Below, piece by piece: positions 60,872-64,000 of a DNA stretch of 64,000 nucleotides. Source of the stretch: Eledone cirrhosa (taxonomy: Eukaryota); contig OZ024742.1 in assembly GCA_964016885.1 (NCBI GenBank), forward strand, positions 130,634,001 through 130,698,000, read 5' to 3'. The notes below the pieces were generated by a model. That model saw nothing but the letters and a program-made list of their open reading frames with translations. It did no database searches and was not told where the DNA came from. Positions within the stretch are counted from its first letter, which is position 1. Each line of letters starts with the position of its first letter. Both the position numbers and the translations under genes were made by a program.

Positions 60872-61499
60872 CACGAACAATACGCGGATAATTTACGTCT
60901 TGATGTAGTAGCTAAGTATATTTTATGTTTATACCATTGCTTATTTGTATAGGTAAGTATACCTTACCCGTATGTTTTGTGGAAGTACGTATACTTTCTC
61001 GTACGTATATATGCTTGTATTTGTTATAGGTGTATATATTATATATACTGGTATATGTGTATATGTGTATTTTGTGTTTGTGTGTGTATGCGTGTATGCG
61101 TGTTTGCACGTATGTAAAGTGTGTATATGTGTACATTGAGTTTTGGTATACGTACGTTTTGTGAACATATGTGTATTTACCTGTAGGTATGTGTGTATAT
61201 TTATATACGTTTATATAATTATATGTATACACACACACACACATATTTTTTATGTGTATTTGGTGTATACATTCGTATGCGTGCGGGTACATGTGTCATG
61301 CATGCATGGCGGGTGTTTTCGCGTATGCACGTGTATGTACGTATATGTGTATGGATATATTTAATTATTATTACTTTTATGATTTTAATAACCTCTGTCA
61401 TTTTCGTTCTACTAATTTATTTACATTATTCTAAGTCCGAAGCCGAGAATCATTCGGTTTCCTAAATAGAATGTTAGTCTACGATTCCATTTATACCAT

Positions 61500-62397
<898 letters not shown>

Positions 62398-63514
62398 TTG
62401 TATTAACACACACACACATATATATAATATATTTATGTTAAACATAACTTCAAGTTTCATGTGACAGCAATCGCCAGGCGATAACTAGACGTTTCTCTAT
62501 TTTTAAGCCCTTGAGTGTGAAACTCCTCTTTTGTTTATGTCTCCTGTTTTATTGATTTGCCTCTGGTTTTCTTATTATCTTGTTTTTATTTGTGTTGTTT
62601 GTGGCCGTTTATTTCATTCGTTGGTTTCTGATGTTGCTATATATTTTCAAGGATATTCTTTTAGCTTTTAGCTATTGGCTGTTTATATTTTATTTTTTAT
62701 AAATCTATTTATAAACACACACAAAATCCCAAACAAAACAAAATAATTATTTCTTGTTTTAGTTCCAAAAGAGAATGTTTTCGTCGTCTTCCTTTTAATG
62801 AAATGATTATATGCTGACTTTGCATTAGAAAAGGGTTTTTATCTTCGATTCATTGAACACATTTCCCGTTTTTCAAACCCACTGTGTTCTAGTTGTTCAT
62901 TAACTTTGTATATGGTTTTCTAATTTGTTGATCGAAAGGCTTACTTCTTCGGTTCGTTGGTCATACATCATGCTTTTGTGATAAAGGGGTAATTTGATTT
63001 ATAATGGGTTAGTGGTTTTTCATTTTGGTCTATCGGTTACGTATGCAATTTTGTTATATGTATATACAGAAGTATTTATAGTTCTACATGCGTGTGTATA
63101 GTTTCTATATATGTGTAATTTGCCCATATAGTTTAAATTGGCTGTTTTTGGATTCAAATACTCAAAGTGTTTGTATGCATGTGTGCACGGCTATTTATTA
63201 TGTGCCTAATGGTTTTCAACGCTTCGTAGTCAGAGTTTGCTATACTCAATGCTTTTTGGGGGTTAGGTGGGAGTTGGTAATTCTACTTGACTGTCAGAAT
63301 TGACACCTTCGTATTTCACACTGTTGTTACCACATTATTGGTTGTCCAGGTTGTTGGTTGTTCAGACCAATGTCTGAAGATGGATATAGTTAGATGTCTG
63401 CAACATAATATGTTCTCATTTCTCATATTTTTTAAGTGTATACGCTATCTAAATATTTTTTCTTGCGTAACACTGTGAAGTATTTATGTAAAGAGTCATG
63501 CAGAGTATTATTTC

Positions 63515-63657
63515 TAGCATAGTTACGTTCCTTTACGGTCTGAGTTCATATCCCGTCGAGGTTAACTTTGCCTTTTATCCTTACGGGGTCGATAAAATAA
63601 AGTACCAGTAATGTACTGAATAATTGCTGGTCTTGTGCCAAAAGTAGAAACAATTAT
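63515..63657 (+). mobile_element. 5'-truncated SINE family 1
   Basis: B box, core and tail match 14628-14815. Confidence 0.8.
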
Positions 63658-64000
63658 TTCTCATTTTATGGTTGTGTTATTATTTATGAAAAATACCAAT
63701 TGTTAAAGATTTAGAATGGGTTTGTGTGTTTTGTATATCTATCTTTGAAAGTTCCGTTGGTTGCACCAATGGAGCCTTTTCAATTTGTTCCGCCTGTGAT
63801 ACTGTTGCATGTATTTTCCGTTGCATGTTGTGTCTTTTCAGATATATTATTGTTTAAGGTTTTTATGATATGCTTTCTGTTTTCTGTGTAGCTGCAGCTA
63901 ACATGTTGTTCGTACTGAATTGCTTGAGGTGCATACGACGACCGAGAAGTGTTTAGTGATTAGTGATAGGAACGTTTGCATCACGTTTATTGCTACATTT

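Overview
A very AT-rich, repeat-dominated stretch of animal genomic DNA, intronic or intergenic. The repeat mix suggests an octopus-like mollusc, but that is inference. I find no credible host protein-coding gene; almost all listed ORFs are microsatellite translations such as (TA)n, (CA)n, (TATG)n and (GA)n. Recognisable elements include tRNA-headed SINEs (several with TSDs), an RTE-like LINE 3' end, three CRE-like endonuclease fragments, a full-span decayed Chapaev3-type DNA transposon, mariner derivatives, Helitron-like elements and two Penelope-like (PLE) GIY-YIG fragments. The main unexplained structure is about 25 type I hammerhead ribozyme (HHR) motifs from at least 10 sequence families. 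Most lie in short ORF-less units beside (TA)n tracts, and many of these units carry a fold-back duplication of their own end. This looks like a dense, diverse population of non-autonomous PLE- or retrozyme-like elements, and some families have non-canonical catalytic cores. All folds were read by eye, not computed.
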